Counted from the first letter of the stretch, positions 24,368 to 33,640 are shown. The stretch is DNA of 64,000 nucleotides from Candidatus Enterocola sp. (GCA_045643245.1 JAZUKL010000066.1:5815-69814); one strand, 5' to 3'. The notes: generated by a model from the letters alone, not told the origin. Numbers and translations are program-made.

Positions 24368-25255
24368 ATGCGAGTACTTGTTGCACCACTAAATTGGGGA
24401 TTGGGTCACGCCACACGGTGTATTCCAATAATAAATGACCTGCTAAAGGAGGGTCAGGAGGTGGTTATTGGCGGTGACGGAGAGTCTCTTGAACTGCTAC
24501 GCAGTGAGTTTCCCACACTTTGGTGCAGGTATATACCCTCTTTTAAGATAAGATACTCCAAATCAAACACTCAGGTATTTGCAATGCTTAGATGCCTGCC
24601 TTCTATTGTGCATAATTCCATTAAGGAACATCGTGAGATAAAGCGTATTGTCAAAGATTTGCAGATAGATAAGGTTATTTCTGATAACCGTTTCGGGCTT
24701 TATGGCAGCGGAGTGCAGAGCATATATATAACTCACCAGATAATGGTAAAGATGCCTAAAGGGCTTAAATGGCTTGAACCGCTTGTATATAGGATTCACA
24801 AGCATATTATTGAGAAGTTTGATGAGTGCCTTGTGCCTGATTATGAAAACCCCGATGACTCACTTGCAGGAGACCTCACGCACAAATATCCGCTGCCTGT
24901 CAACGCCAGGTTTATCGGACCGCTCTCACGCTTTACATATCTAAAACCTTTTGTGCAGCCCAAAAAGTGTGATGTGTTGGTTATTTCATCAGGAGTTGAA
25001 CCTCAGCGTACAATGTTTGAGAACCACGTCAGAGAGCGTTTCTCAGGCGAAAATCTTAATGTTATTATTGCAAAAAAATATAGGGCAACTGAGTTGTTAC
25101 CCTATATTTTTGGTGCTGATAAAATAATCTGTCGTTCAGGTTATACCAGCGTTATGGATATGCACCTGCTTGGCGTATCTGACAAAGTGGAGTGGAGTGC
25201 CACTCCAGGTCAGACAGAGCAGGAATACCTACTTACATTACTTACTGCACTTTAA
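24368..25255 (+). CDS. glycosyltransferase (GT1/GT28-like, MGT-type N-terminus)
   Basis: MRVLVAPLNWGLGHATRCIPIINDL is the typical G-rich N-terminal loop of this family. Confidence 0.65.
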   Translation: MRVLVAPLNWGLGHATRCIPIINDLLKEGQEVVIGGDGESLELLRSEFPTLWCRYIPSFKIRYSKSNTQVFAMLRCLPSIVHNSIKEHREIKRIVKDLQIDKVISDNRFGLYGSGVQSIYITHQIMVKMPKGLKWLEPLVYRIHKHIIEKFDECLVPDYENPDDSLAGDLTHKYPLPVNARFIGPLSRFTYLKPFVQPKKCDVLVISSGVEPQRTMFENHVRERFSGENLNVIIAKKYRATELLPYIFGADKIICRSGYTSVMDMHLLGVSDKVEWSATPGQTEQEYLLTLLTAL

Positions 25256-27398
25256 TAGTGCTTTTCTTTCCTTCAAAATCAACAGTCTCAACTATATAGG
25301 CTTGACCTTTAGCCAATGCTATTGAATGACCTTGACCTTTAATCACTGTTTTGCCAATCAATGTTGATACTACAATAGATGCGTAATCTTCATTAAATTC
25401 AAGCACTCCATTGTTGAATGATTTTACTTTTGAAGTTGATTTTAGTTCAGCTACATTTGTATGAGTAGATACTTTAGCTATTACAGATACGTATGCGTTA
25501 TCTGCATCTTCTGCACTAAAAGTAATGGTTGCACTATAATCGCCCTCTAAATTGAAGTATGAGAACAGTTCAAATTCTGTAGGACCTGCAGCCTCTATTG
25601 TCAATGTTTTTGTAGTTACAGGATTGCCGTCAGCATCCTTGAAATAGAATTCAGCATCACCTTCAATAGTTGCTGTAACTTCTGTTACATTTACAGCGGT
25701 TAGCAGTACGCTCATATAACCCTCAATGTCAGTATCTGAAAGGAGTGTGTACTCATCTTGAACAGGTGTTATAACAGGTTTTTCCAATGTTGTAACCTCA
25801 ATAGTGTTAGAAGCATCGCTTGTAACTTCGCTTACTGTAGCATAAACAACGTATGTGTAGGTGGACTCTGGTTCTAAATTTGAAACAGTGTATGATGTCT
25901 CTTCCAAACCTGAAGCAGAGGCAATGGTCTCATCAGCACCATTCTTAACCTCTATACTATATGTAGCACCCTCCAAATCAGAAGCCACCCAATTAGCAAC
26001 AAAAGATTTATAAGTAACGTCTGTAGCATCAAGTGCTTTAGTGGCTGGAACTACGAATGTAGCGGTTGCTGTTACAGATACGATGGCATCGTCAGCATCA
26101 GCGGCACTGATAGTTACGGTAGCACTATATTCACCACCTTCTGTAAACATAGAGTATAGTTCAAACTCTGTAGGACCTTCAGCCTCTATAGGCAATGTTT
26201 TTGTAGTTACATGGTTGCCGTCAGCATCTTTGAAATAGAACTCAGCATCACCTGTGACAGTTGCGGTAGCCTCTGTAACATTTACAGCGGTTATAATTAT
26301 GCTTGTATAACCTTCTATACCAGTGTCAGAGTTAAGTTTATACTCATATTGAGCAGGTGTAATGGCAGGTTTGGCAAGTGTTGTAACACTAATAGTATTA
26401 GAAGCCTCACTTGTAGCATCGCCTACAGAAACGTATATAACGTATGTATAAGTGGATTCTATGTCAAGTTCTGAAACTGCGTATGATGTTTCTTCCAAAC
26501 CAGAAGCAAATGCGATGCTCTCATCATCGGCATTCTTTACATCTATGGTATATGTAGCACCCTCCAAATCAGAAGCCTCCCAATTAGCAACAAAAGATTT
26601 ATGAGTAACATCTGTAGCATCAAGGGCAGTAGTTGGTGCAAGTAATGTTGTAACCTCTATTGCGTTAGAGGCATCACTTGTTGTAGTGCCATTTGCAACC
26701 ACATATACAACGTATGAGTATGCTGTGAAAGAATTCAATTCTTCTACCGTGTATGATGTTCCTGTTAAATTATCAATGGTTTTTACAACTCCGTTAGCAT
26801 CACTAACCTCCAATGTGTATGTAATGTTAGTTCCTTTAGCGGCGTTCCAGTTAGCGGTAAATGAATTTGCAGTTACAGCGGTGGCGGCTGTTGCTACAGG
26901 GGTGTATTTTGAAACTGCAAAATTTGTAATAGTTCCGTTTAAGTTACCTGTATAGCAAAGTTTAATATACTTTGTTGTTTTGGATAACTCAATATTTTGT
27001 TTGTTTTTTTGTTCTATGCTAGTCCAAATAGGGCTGCCAAAATCTTGGGTCTCACTTTCACTAATATACCAGAAATAATCTGTCTCAGAAGGAACAAGTG
27101 CTCTTGTGGCACTCCAAACTGTGGTGGTTTCAAAGCTTAATAAGTCTGCTATACCGTCAATAGCAATGATAATATATTTGTCTTCCCAATTAAAACCATC
27201 TTGCATTGTGTTACTACCTCCAAAATAAATACCACTACTCCATTTTGCAGGAGTATCTTCCTTGCCTTCATTAACATTGGCAATCACAACGCTTCCGTCA
27301 TTAAAATTGTCTTGCGTAAATGTAAACGGCACCGCAAGTTGTGCAAAAGCACTTAGTGCAAATGTTGCACTTAAAAGTGTAAAAATTATCTTTTTCAT
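25242..27398 (-). CDS. T9SS-sorted surface protein with fibronectin-III-like repeats
   Basis: It has a signal peptide (MKKIIFTLLSATFALSAFA), three FN3-like modules (SFTANW / SFVANW), and a C-terminal beta-rich ~80 aa resembling a type-A sorting domain. Confidence 0.75.
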   Translation of the reverse strand: MKKIIFTLLSATFALSAFAQLAVPFTFTQDNFNDGSVVIANVNEGKEDTPAKWSSGIYFGGSNTMQDGFNWEDKYIIIAIDGIADLLSFETTTVWSATRALVPSETDYFWYISESETQDFGSPIWTSIEQKNKQNIELSKTTKYIKLCYTGNLNGTITNFAVSKYTPVATAATAVTANSFTANWNAAKGTNITYTLEVSDANGVVKTIDNLTGTSYTVEELNSFTAYSYVVYVVANGTTTSDASNAIEVTTLLAPTTALDATDVTHKSFVANWEASDLEGATYTIDVKNADDESIAFASGLEETSYAVSELDIESTYTYVIYVSVGDATSEASNTISVTTLAKPAITPAQYEYKLNSDTGIEGYTSIIITAVNVTEATATVTGDAEFYFKDADGNHVTTKTLPIEAEGPTEFELYSMFTEGGEYSATVTISAADADDAIVSVTATATFVVPATKALDATDVTYKSFVANWVASDLEGATYSIEVKNGADETIASASGLEETSYTVSNLEPESTYTYVVYATVSEVTSDASNTIEVTTLEKPVITPVQDEYTLLSDTDIEGYMSVLLTAVNVTEVTATIEGDAEFYFKDADGNPVTTKTLTIEAAGPTEFELFSYFNLEGDYSATITFSAEDADNAYVSVIAKVSTHTNVAELKSTSKVKSFNNGVLEFNEDYASIVVSTLIGKTVIKGQGHSIALAKGQAYIVETVDFEGKKSTIKVQ
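25455..26627 (-). repeat. intragenic tandem duplication, 2 x 591 bp (197 aa)
   Basis: Residues 258-454 and 455-648 align colinearly from ALDATDVT(H/Y)KSFVANW through to ...SATVTISAADADDA / SATITFSAEDADNA. Confidence 0.85.
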
Positions 27399-27543
27399 AA
27401 TTGTAAAAATTATTTTGTTTTGTTTTATTTTAATCGCACAAAGTTATAACATTATTAACAAATATTATAATATTTTGTAAAAAAGTTAAACATTTTAACA
27501 TTTGATGTTACAAAAGAGTGATTTTTTTTAGTAATTTTGCAAT

Positions 27544-29733
27544 ATGAAACATTGTCTATGCATAATTGTTTTCTGCCTGACGGCAATAGTGTCACTTGCT
27601 CAAATAAGCAGTGGCGGTATGCCTGTCCCATTTTTGCAGGACAACGGAAAAATACCCATACTTAAAAGCAGTGGAACAGTTTTTTATACCAATATTGCCG
27701 CAGATACAGTATATCGTCCGGCAGATGCCTCTGAAAAAATAATAGTTGCAGGTAATGTATGTCCTGTAAACCTGACACCGTACAATAGCGGAACAGTTTT
27801 CAGTAATAACGGTTACAGAATATGGCGTGCCGGCATTGTTTCAAAAGGTGCCGCATCCATAGGTGTAGTGTTTACTGAGTTTGATATTCCTGACGGTGCA
27901 AAACTGTTTCTGTACAATCCTTCTCAAACTAATGTAATAGGTTCATTTTCAAGTGTTAATAATAATGAACAAAATATATTGCCCGTTCAGCCTTTGAACT
28001 CCGATACTGTAATAGTGGAGTATCAGGAGCCTATTGAGGCATCGGAGTATGGATTTAAAGGGAAACTGAAAATAGGCAAGGCAAGTCATAACTTCATGTC
28101 TGCTAACGGAGTGTTAAAAAGGTCACAGCCATGGAAAGGCATAACTTGTGCTGAACACATTGAACTCAGAGACCCTGAAAATCTGCTGAAGAATGCCGTT
28201 TGTATGATTTATACAACTGGAGATAATGTTTCTTGGTTTAGTACAGGTGTGCTTATAAACAATCCTGATAAAAAACCATACATACTATCATCATATCATT
28301 GTTTTAGAGGTAGTTACGCAAAAACAAGCGTATTCTATTTTCAAAATCATATTCCAATGAAAGATGTTCAAGGCAGTTTGGAGTTGTCAATTGCCGGTGG
28401 AAATATATTGGCTCAGGCTCAGGAACTTGACTTTGCTCTTGTTCAACTTAATGAAATGCCTCCAAAAGATTATCGTCCGTATTTGGCAGGGTGGGATGCA
28501 AATGAACAGGCAGGATACAATGCACCATACAAATGTGTGCAGCACCCTAACGGTGATTTTACAAAAATTGCATTTGCTACACAAACGGTTACAAAATCAA
28601 AGGTAAATTTTGGCGATTACAAATATCAAACGTTCTGGAGAGTTGGAGTTTGGTCAGAAGGAGCCACTCAGGGCGGTTCTTCAGGTTGTCCTCTAACAAA
28701 TGCAAACGGCAAGATAATAGGGTGTCTGACAGGTGGCTCTTCAACTTGTGATTATAAAAAGGATGACTACTTTTGGCAATTGTCAGAGGCTTGGTATTTT
28801 TTTCAGGACCCTAATAAGTCATTACGCAGTTGGCTTGACCCTCATCAAACAAGTATAAACTATATGAGCGGGGCAGACCCATACGCTGATGACAATCCAT
28901 GTTACAGGGCAACAAATATTGATTCTGACGATACTATGGGGGCTGTTCATTTGTCAGATGGAGCAACAGGGTATCAGTCAGGGCATAATTCTCTTGGCAA
29001 CACTGCATACGCAGAGCATTACACTTTTGATGATGACAAAACTCTTTACGGAGTGTATGTTGTAACATATAAAGGCAAGTACAACGCCTCACATCCTGTT
29101 TATGTAAATATTTATGAAGGTGGCGGTTATACTCCTGGCAGTGTAATTGCCTCTGCCGTTCTCAAACCTACTGACCGATACTATAATTATGCTGGAGAAT
29201 TTGTTTATTCCACAACAGTAAAATGGGATAAGAGAGAGAATTATGTTAGGTTTGACACTCCTGTAAACATTGGTAAAGATTGTTTTGTAGGTGTGTCATT
29301 TGATAATTATGCATCGCCCGATACTTTGGCTGTTTTTCAAACAACCAACAGAGCATCAGGTAATTATGCCTATTATTATAACAGTGGTTGGAAATCTTTT
29401 GAAAATTATCCTAACTCTCCTATGGCGGCATCGCTTTGGATAGAGCCTGTAGTGTCTCCTGCTTGCGGTACAAAGTCTGATGATGTTTCCGCTCAGAATT
29501 TGTCATTGTTCCCAAATCCAGTGGATTTGTATATTAATGTGATATGTGCTGACTGCCCTAATGGAAATGCCAAGTATATGATTGAAGATGAGGCTGGTAG
29601 AGTTGTATCTACAGGAAAAGCGCTGATAACTGACGGCTATACGGTAATAGGTGCTCCAATTTCAAAAGGTTTCTATACGCTTATACTTCAAACTGAGACA
29701 TTGTCACATTCATATAAATTCATTAAGAAATAG
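27544..29733 (+). CDS. T9SS-sorted trypsin-like serine endopeptidase
   Basis: It has a signal peptide, a His context ILSSYHCF, a Ser context QGGSSGCPL, and a C-terminal LSLFPNPVDLYINV type-A sorting domain. Confidence 0.7.
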   Translation: MKHCLCIIVFCLTAIVSLAQISSGGMPVPFLQDNGKIPILKSSGTVFYTNIAADTVYRPADASEKIIVAGNVCPVNLTPYNSGTVFSNNGYRIWRAGIVSKGAASIGVVFTEFDIPDGAKLFLYNPSQTNVIGSFSSVNNNEQNILPVQPLNSDTVIVEYQEPIEASEYGFKGKLKIGKASHNFMSANGVLKRSQPWKGITCAEHIELRDPENLLKNAVCMIYTTGDNVSWFSTGVLINNPDKKPYILSSYHCFRGSYAKTSVFYFQNHIPMKDVQGSLELSIAGGNILAQAQELDFALVQLNEMPPKDYRPYLAGWDANEQAGYNAPYKCVQHPNGDFTKIAFATQTVTKSKVNFGDYKYQTFWRVGVWSEGATQGGSSGCPLTNANGKIIGCLTGGSSTCDYKKDDYFWQLSEAWYFFQDPNKSLRSWLDPHQTSINYMSGADPYADDNPCYRATNIDSDDTMGAVHLSDGATGYQSGHNSLGNTAYAEHYTFDDDKTLYGVYVVTYKGKYNASHPVYVNIYEGGGYTPGSVIASAVLKPTDRYYNYAGEFVYSTTVKWDKRENYVRFDTPVNIGKDCFVGVSFDNYASPDTLAVFQTTNRASGNYAYYYNSGWKSFENYPNSPMAASLWIEPVVSPACGTKSDDVSAQNLSLFPNPVDLYINVICADCPNGNAKYMIEDEAGRVVSTGKALITDGYTVIGAPISKGFYTLILQTETLSHSYKFIKK

Positions 29734-29735
29734 TT

Positions 29736-30416
29736 ATGGATGCCAAGACACAAGGAGTAGTTTTAAGGTGTGGAAAATACTCAGAAAATCAATGTATTGT
29801 ACAAATTCTTACAAAAGATTTCGGTAAGGTTTCATACATGGTTTATGCTCCTCAAAGCAAACGTGCCCGTGTGCGTTCCACTATGCTTCAGCCCCTAACG
29901 CTTCTTGAAATAGACACCGATAGCAAGCCAAGCCGTGAAATCCAGCACATTAAGGATGCCAAACCGTTAATGCCCGCAAATTTTTCTCCCGCTAAAATTG
30001 CAGTTGCAATGTTTGTGGCAGATGTTGTTAACGCCTGTACGGTTGAAGGCTCGCCTGATTTGCTTATATTTAATAAGGTGTTTGATACTATTAAAATTCT
30101 CAACACCGATGCCGCCATTGACGCTCATTTTGCCATAAGGTTTCTGCTTGAATTTGCTGAGGCTCTTGGTTTTAATCCAGTGCAGGATTTTGAGAATGTT
30201 TTGATTCAGGAATTTCTTGGCACTCTTGTTGAGCAAAGTGAAAAAGATTTGTTTTTGCGGTTGATAAATGCCGCCTCACAAGGCAATATTGCCGTATTCT
30301 CCCACCCGGAACGCCGCACTTTAGTACGCACACTCCTTTTATACTACAAACTCAACCTCCCCGATATGCCCCATATCAAAACCTTAGATGTTTTAGAAGA
30401 AATATACACCCCGTAA
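29736..30416 (+). CDS. recO: DNA repair protein RecO
   Basis: The 226-aa protein has the OB-fold N-terminus TQGVVLRCGKYSENQCIVQILTKDFGKVSYM and a size typical of Bacteroidetes RecO. Confidence 0.8.
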   Translation: MDAKTQGVVLRCGKYSENQCIVQILTKDFGKVSYMVYAPQSKRARVRSTMLQPLTLLEIDTDSKPSREIQHIKDAKPLMPANFSPAKIAVAMFVADVVNACTVEGSPDLLIFNKVFDTIKILNTDAAIDAHFAIRFLLEFAEALGFNPVQDFENVLIQEFLGTLVEQSEKDLFLRLINAASQGNIAVFSHPERRTLVRTLLLYYKLNLPDMPHIKTLDVLEEIYTP

Positions 30417-30445
30417 ACAAGGATATGATTCAGAGCAAGGCTAAA

Positions 30446-30477
30446 ACAAAAAAGAGTGGAAAATCCACTCTTTTTTG
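30446..30477. terminator. bidirectional intrinsic terminator (recO / tRNA operon)
   Basis: An A-run, GAGTGGA-aaa-TCCACTC and a T-run (acaaaaaaGAGTGGAaaaTCCACTCtttttt) form the terminator. Confidence 0.8.
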
Positions 30478-30549
30478 TTGCCTTGCTCTGAATCGAACAG
30501 AGATAGCCAGAACCAAAATCTGATGTAATAACCGTTATACGACAAGGCA
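30478..30549 (-). tRNA. tRNA-Gln (anticodon UUG)
   Basis: The rc is TGCCTTGTCGTATAACGGTTATTACATCAGATTTTGGTTCTGGCTATCTCTGTTCGATTCAGAGCAAGGCAA. It has the U1:A72 pair typical of bacterial tRNA-Gln and the anticodon loop TTTTGGT. Confidence 0.8.
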
Positions 30550-30553
30550 ATTA

Positions 30554-30630
30554 TGGTGAGCCTACTTGGACTTGAACCAAGGACCTGCGGGTTATGAGTT
30601 CGATGCTCTAACCGACTGAGCTATGAGCCC
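30554..30630 (-). tRNA. tRNA-Met-like gene (anticodon CAU) with mismatched acceptor and anticodon stems; possible chimera or pseudogene
   Basis: The rc is GGGCTCATAGCTCAGTCGGTTAGAGCATCGAACTCATAACCCGCAGGTCCTTGGTTCAAGTCCAAGTAGGCTCACCA. The D and T arms and the CCA end are canonical. The anticodon stem TCGAA/CCCGC pairs at only 2 of 5 positions. The acceptor stem GGGCTCA/TAGGCTC has one mismatch and two G.U pairs. Confidence 0.55.
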
Positions 30631-30659
30631 ATCATTGTCCGCTTTTTTCAAAGCGGTTG

Positions 30660-30667
30660 CAAAAATA
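30660..30667 (-). promoter_or_regulatory. -7 box (TATTTTTG on the minus strand) upstream of the tRNA pair
   Basis: The rc of CAAAAATA matches TAnnTTTG, 30 nt upstream of the tRNA 5' end. Confidence 0.45.
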
Positions 30668-30710
30668 CAACAAATTTATTCTTTCCGCAAATTTTTTTTC
30701 AAAAACATTA

Positions 30711-31304
30711 TCATTTCAGCAACAGAATGCTCTCAGGTCCCATGTTCATAAGCAAATCAATTATGCTTAGATTAGGAGTGAAACCAAATTTCTCTTTGAA
30801 AACCTGATAATATGGAGTAGGTGCTGTATCGGTGCTCTTTTTATTTACAAGATGTCTAAAATCAATGTTTTCAGAGTATTGCTTGTATGATTCAGTCAAA
30901 TCACCTTTAAAAGTGATTCCTAAAAGGGAGCAGATTTCAGTTTGCAGAAGCAGATTAAAATCATACAGGAATCTGAACTGTTTTGTGTAGAACGGCATAA
31001 TGGCATCGGCGTAAAATTCAAGAAAAGGACTTGAATTGTAGGCAGCCTCAATAGTACGCCAATGCTGCGTCTGCCAAGTGGTGCCGTCAATCATAATATC
31101 CTTGACCAATGTTTTTTCCTGTGGTTTTATTACGGGAATGGTTAGGGTCTCAACCCCGTTTGGACCAAGAATCTGACACCTGTTACGGAAAGTCTGACGG
31201 TTATAGTTGTCATGCACCTCTGTAATAACCTTGTCAGCACTTGCCAGAACCTTGTAATAGGCAATGTTCCCAAGATAGGTGGATGATACAATAACCTCTT
31301 TCAT
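30711..31304 (-). CDS. WbqC-family protein
   Basis: STYLGNIAYYKVLASADKVITEVHDNYNRQTFRNRCQILGPNG is a typical WbqC N-terminus. Confidence 0.8.
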   Translation of the reverse strand: MKEVIVSSTYLGNIAYYKVLASADKVITEVHDNYNRQTFRNRCQILGPNGVETLTIPVIKPQEKTLVKDIMIDGTTWQTQHWRTIEAAYNSSPFLEFYADAIMPFYTKQFRFLYDFNLLLQTEICSLLGITFKGDLTESYKQYSENIDFRHLVNKKSTDTAPTPYYQVFKEKFGFTPNLSIIDLLMNMGPESILLLK

Positions 31305-32770
31305 TATTTTATGTCATCAACCAGTGTAAACAGACGGCTGAATCTGATTTTCTTCAGTAGCGATGCGTCCTTATCCCACGATAGCCAAATAAATATCGGC
31401 TTGCCAACTATATGGTCTTCAGGTACATAGCCCCAATAGCGTGAGTCCGCTGAATTGTGGCGGTTGTCACCCATCATCCAGTAGTAGTTCATTTTGAAGG
31501 TGTAAGTGTCAGACTGTGTGCCGTTTATGTAAATGACACTGTCCTTTACCTCAAGTGTATTGCCCTCATAATTCTTGATAATACGCTCATACAGAGGTAG
31601 ATTCTCCACCGATACACTGACAGTTGCCCCTTTTCTTGGAATGTATATAGGTCCGTAGTTATCTCTTGTCCAACCTTTGTATGATGAAGGGAAATACTCT
31701 CCTGCAGGGAACACCTGACCGGCAAATACACCTGGGTCAACTGTAACCTTTTTTACATTTGGGAATTTCTTGATATTCTCAAGCATCTCATTTGTTAGCG
31801 GAAGATAATATACAGGGCTGTAAAATCCTGCACTTGAAGGTGTGACACCTAAGAATGCAAAAATCTGAGGTGCGTTGTAAGTGTCATTTATAGTGAATCT
31901 GTCATCTACACTTACTCCCAATCCGTCAAGTTGGGTATCGGAGAGACGGCGGCCGTCAGTCTCAACAAAATAGTTCAACTGCTTGTTTTTAGGCTCCTTT
32001 ATGGCTTTACCATTAATATATATGTTATTGTCAATTATTTGGAGAGAATCTCCAGGCAGTCCTACACACCTTTTTACATAGTTCTCACGGCGGTCAACAG
32101 GACGGCAAATGACTCTGCCAAACTGCTCGTGGTTTGTGGTAATAATGTTTCTGCCTTCCGCCATGCACAATTCCTGTGGAAACGGCATTGAATATCCTTT
32201 TTTTGCAAGGGAGTTGGCACCTATTTGGGCACATAATGAGTAGTAGTCAGGGTTCTGTTGGTAGGTGGCTACCGTATCGCCGGCAGGAAAATTAAAAACC
32301 ACAATGTCCATTGCCTTAATGGTGTCAAGCCCTGAAAGACGCTTGTAATCCCACTTTGGCCACTCAATATATGATTTTGTATCCTTTGTTCCGGGCATTG
32401 TATGCTGTGTAAGAGGCATTGAAAGTGGTGTCATTGGAACACGTGGTCCGTAACTTACTTTGCTCACCATCAGAAAATCTCCTACAAGCAGCGATTTTTC
32501 AAGACTTGATGACGGAATCTGATAGTTTTGGAACAGGTATAGGTTTATGAAATATACTGCAACAAGTGCAAATATTATGGCATCAATCCAACTGCAAAGT
32601 GTGTATAGGTGTTTGTTCTTTGTCTTTTTCCAAAATGTCCATGGAATGAATTTTGTAATGTAAATATCAAAGATAGGTATAAGAAGAAACAACCACCAAT
32701 AGTTTCCCACCCATACAATAAACAGCACATACAGCACTGCCACTATAGAGAATTTAATCCACTGCTTCAT
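31304..32770 (-). CDS. lepB: signal peptidase I
   Basis: It has the S26 motifs SSLEKSLLVGDFLMVSKVSYG and GDNRHNSADSRYWGYVPEDHIVGKP. Confidence 0.92.
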   Translation of the reverse strand: MKQWIKFSIVAVLYVLFIVWVGNYWWLFLLIPIFDIYITKFIPWTFWKKTKNKHLYTLCSWIDAIIFALVAVYFINLYLFQNYQIPSSSLEKSLLVGDFLMVSKVSYGPRVPMTPLSMPLTQHTMPGTKDTKSYIEWPKWDYKRLSGLDTIKAMDIVVFNFPAGDTVATYQQNPDYYSLCAQIGANSLAKKGYSMPFPQELCMAEGRNIITTNHEQFGRVICRPVDRRENYVKRCVGLPGDSLQIIDNNIYINGKAIKEPKNKQLNYFVETDGRRLSDTQLDGLGVSVDDRFTINDTYNAPQIFAFLGVTPSSAGFYSPVYYLPLTNEMLENIKKFPNVKKVTVDPGVFAGQVFPAGEYFPSSYKGWTRDNYGPIYIPRKGATVSVSVENLPLYERIIKNYEGNTLEVKDSVIYINGTQSDTYTFKMNYYWMMGDNRHNSADSRYWGYVPEDHIVGKPIFIWLSWDKDASLLKKIRFSRLFTLVDDIK

Positions 32771-32853
32771 AAGAGTTTAGGAGTTTAGGAGTTAAGGAGT
32801 TTAGGAGTTTAGGAGTATTACTTGTCCCTTGACTCTTGTCCCTTGACCCGTTA
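32771..32853. repeat. word-like tandem repeats in the dapB / lepB spacer
   Basis: The 9-mer gagtttagg occurs x4 plus a variant (32773-32815), followed by cttgtcccttgac x2 (32821-32849). It shares the 15-mer cttgtcccttgaccc with 54035-54049. Confidence 0.65.
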
Positions 32854-33570
32854 TTAAAATTTCAGCATATCCTGCATTCCAAGTATCCCTTTCTTGCCTT
32901 TGGTAAATTCTGCGGCAAGTACGGCGCCAAGTGCAAATCCCTCACGGCTTTTGGCACTATGGGTTATGGTTATGCTATCTACCGATGAATCATAGTTTAT
33001 GGTGTGAATACCTGCAACCTCACCCTCTCTAATGGCTTCAATGCCTATTTGAGAATCATTCTGTTGCTTGCCAAGAACCCAACTCTGCTTGCGGTCAATG
33101 TTTTCTAGCAAACCCTCTGCAAGTGTTACGGCTGTACCGCTTGGAGCGTCAAGCTTATGAATATGGTGGGTCTCTGTCATATCAACATTGTAGTTTTCAA
33201 AACCATTCATAATCCTTGCAAGATACTTGTTAAGTGCAAAGAATATGTTTACGCCAAGAGAGAAGTTTGAAGTCCAAAAGAATGCAAGCCCTTTCTCTTT
33301 GCAAAGTGCCTGCACCTCAGGCATTTTATCTGTCCAGCCTGTAGTTCCTGACACTACGCTCACTCCCTCTGCAAAAGCCTTCTTATAGTTCTCTACAGCA
33401 ACACTTGGAGCAGTAAACTCTATTGCCACATCTGCACTGCGAAAGGCATCGGTGTGAAAATCCTCCTGATTATCTATATCAATGCGGGCTACAATCTCAT
33501 GCCCTCTACTCAGGGCAATGTTCTCAATAATATGCCCCATCTTACCATAACCTATTAATGCTATCTTCAT
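32854..33570 (-). CDS. dapB: 4-hydroxy-tetrahydrodipicolinate reductase
   Basis: It has MKIALIGYGKMG (the NAD(P) loop) and ETHHIHKLDAPSGTA. Confidence 0.92.
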   Translation of the reverse strand: MKIALIGYGKMGHIIENIALSRGHEIVARIDIDNQEDFHTDAFRSADVAIEFTAPSVAVENYKKAFAEGVSVVSGTTGWTDKMPEVQALCKEKGLAFFWTSNFSLGVNIFFALNKYLARIMNGFENYNVDMTETHHIHKLDAPSGTAVTLAEGLLENIDRKQSWVLGKQQNDSQIGIEAIREGEVAGIHTINYDSSVDSITITHSAKSREGFALGAVLAAEFTKGKKGILGMQDMLKF

Positions 33571-33640
33571 AAATTTTTATTCTATAAATTTATGCATGTT
33601 TGTTCGTGACTCGGCATAAATTCCAATTAATACCTTGTTT

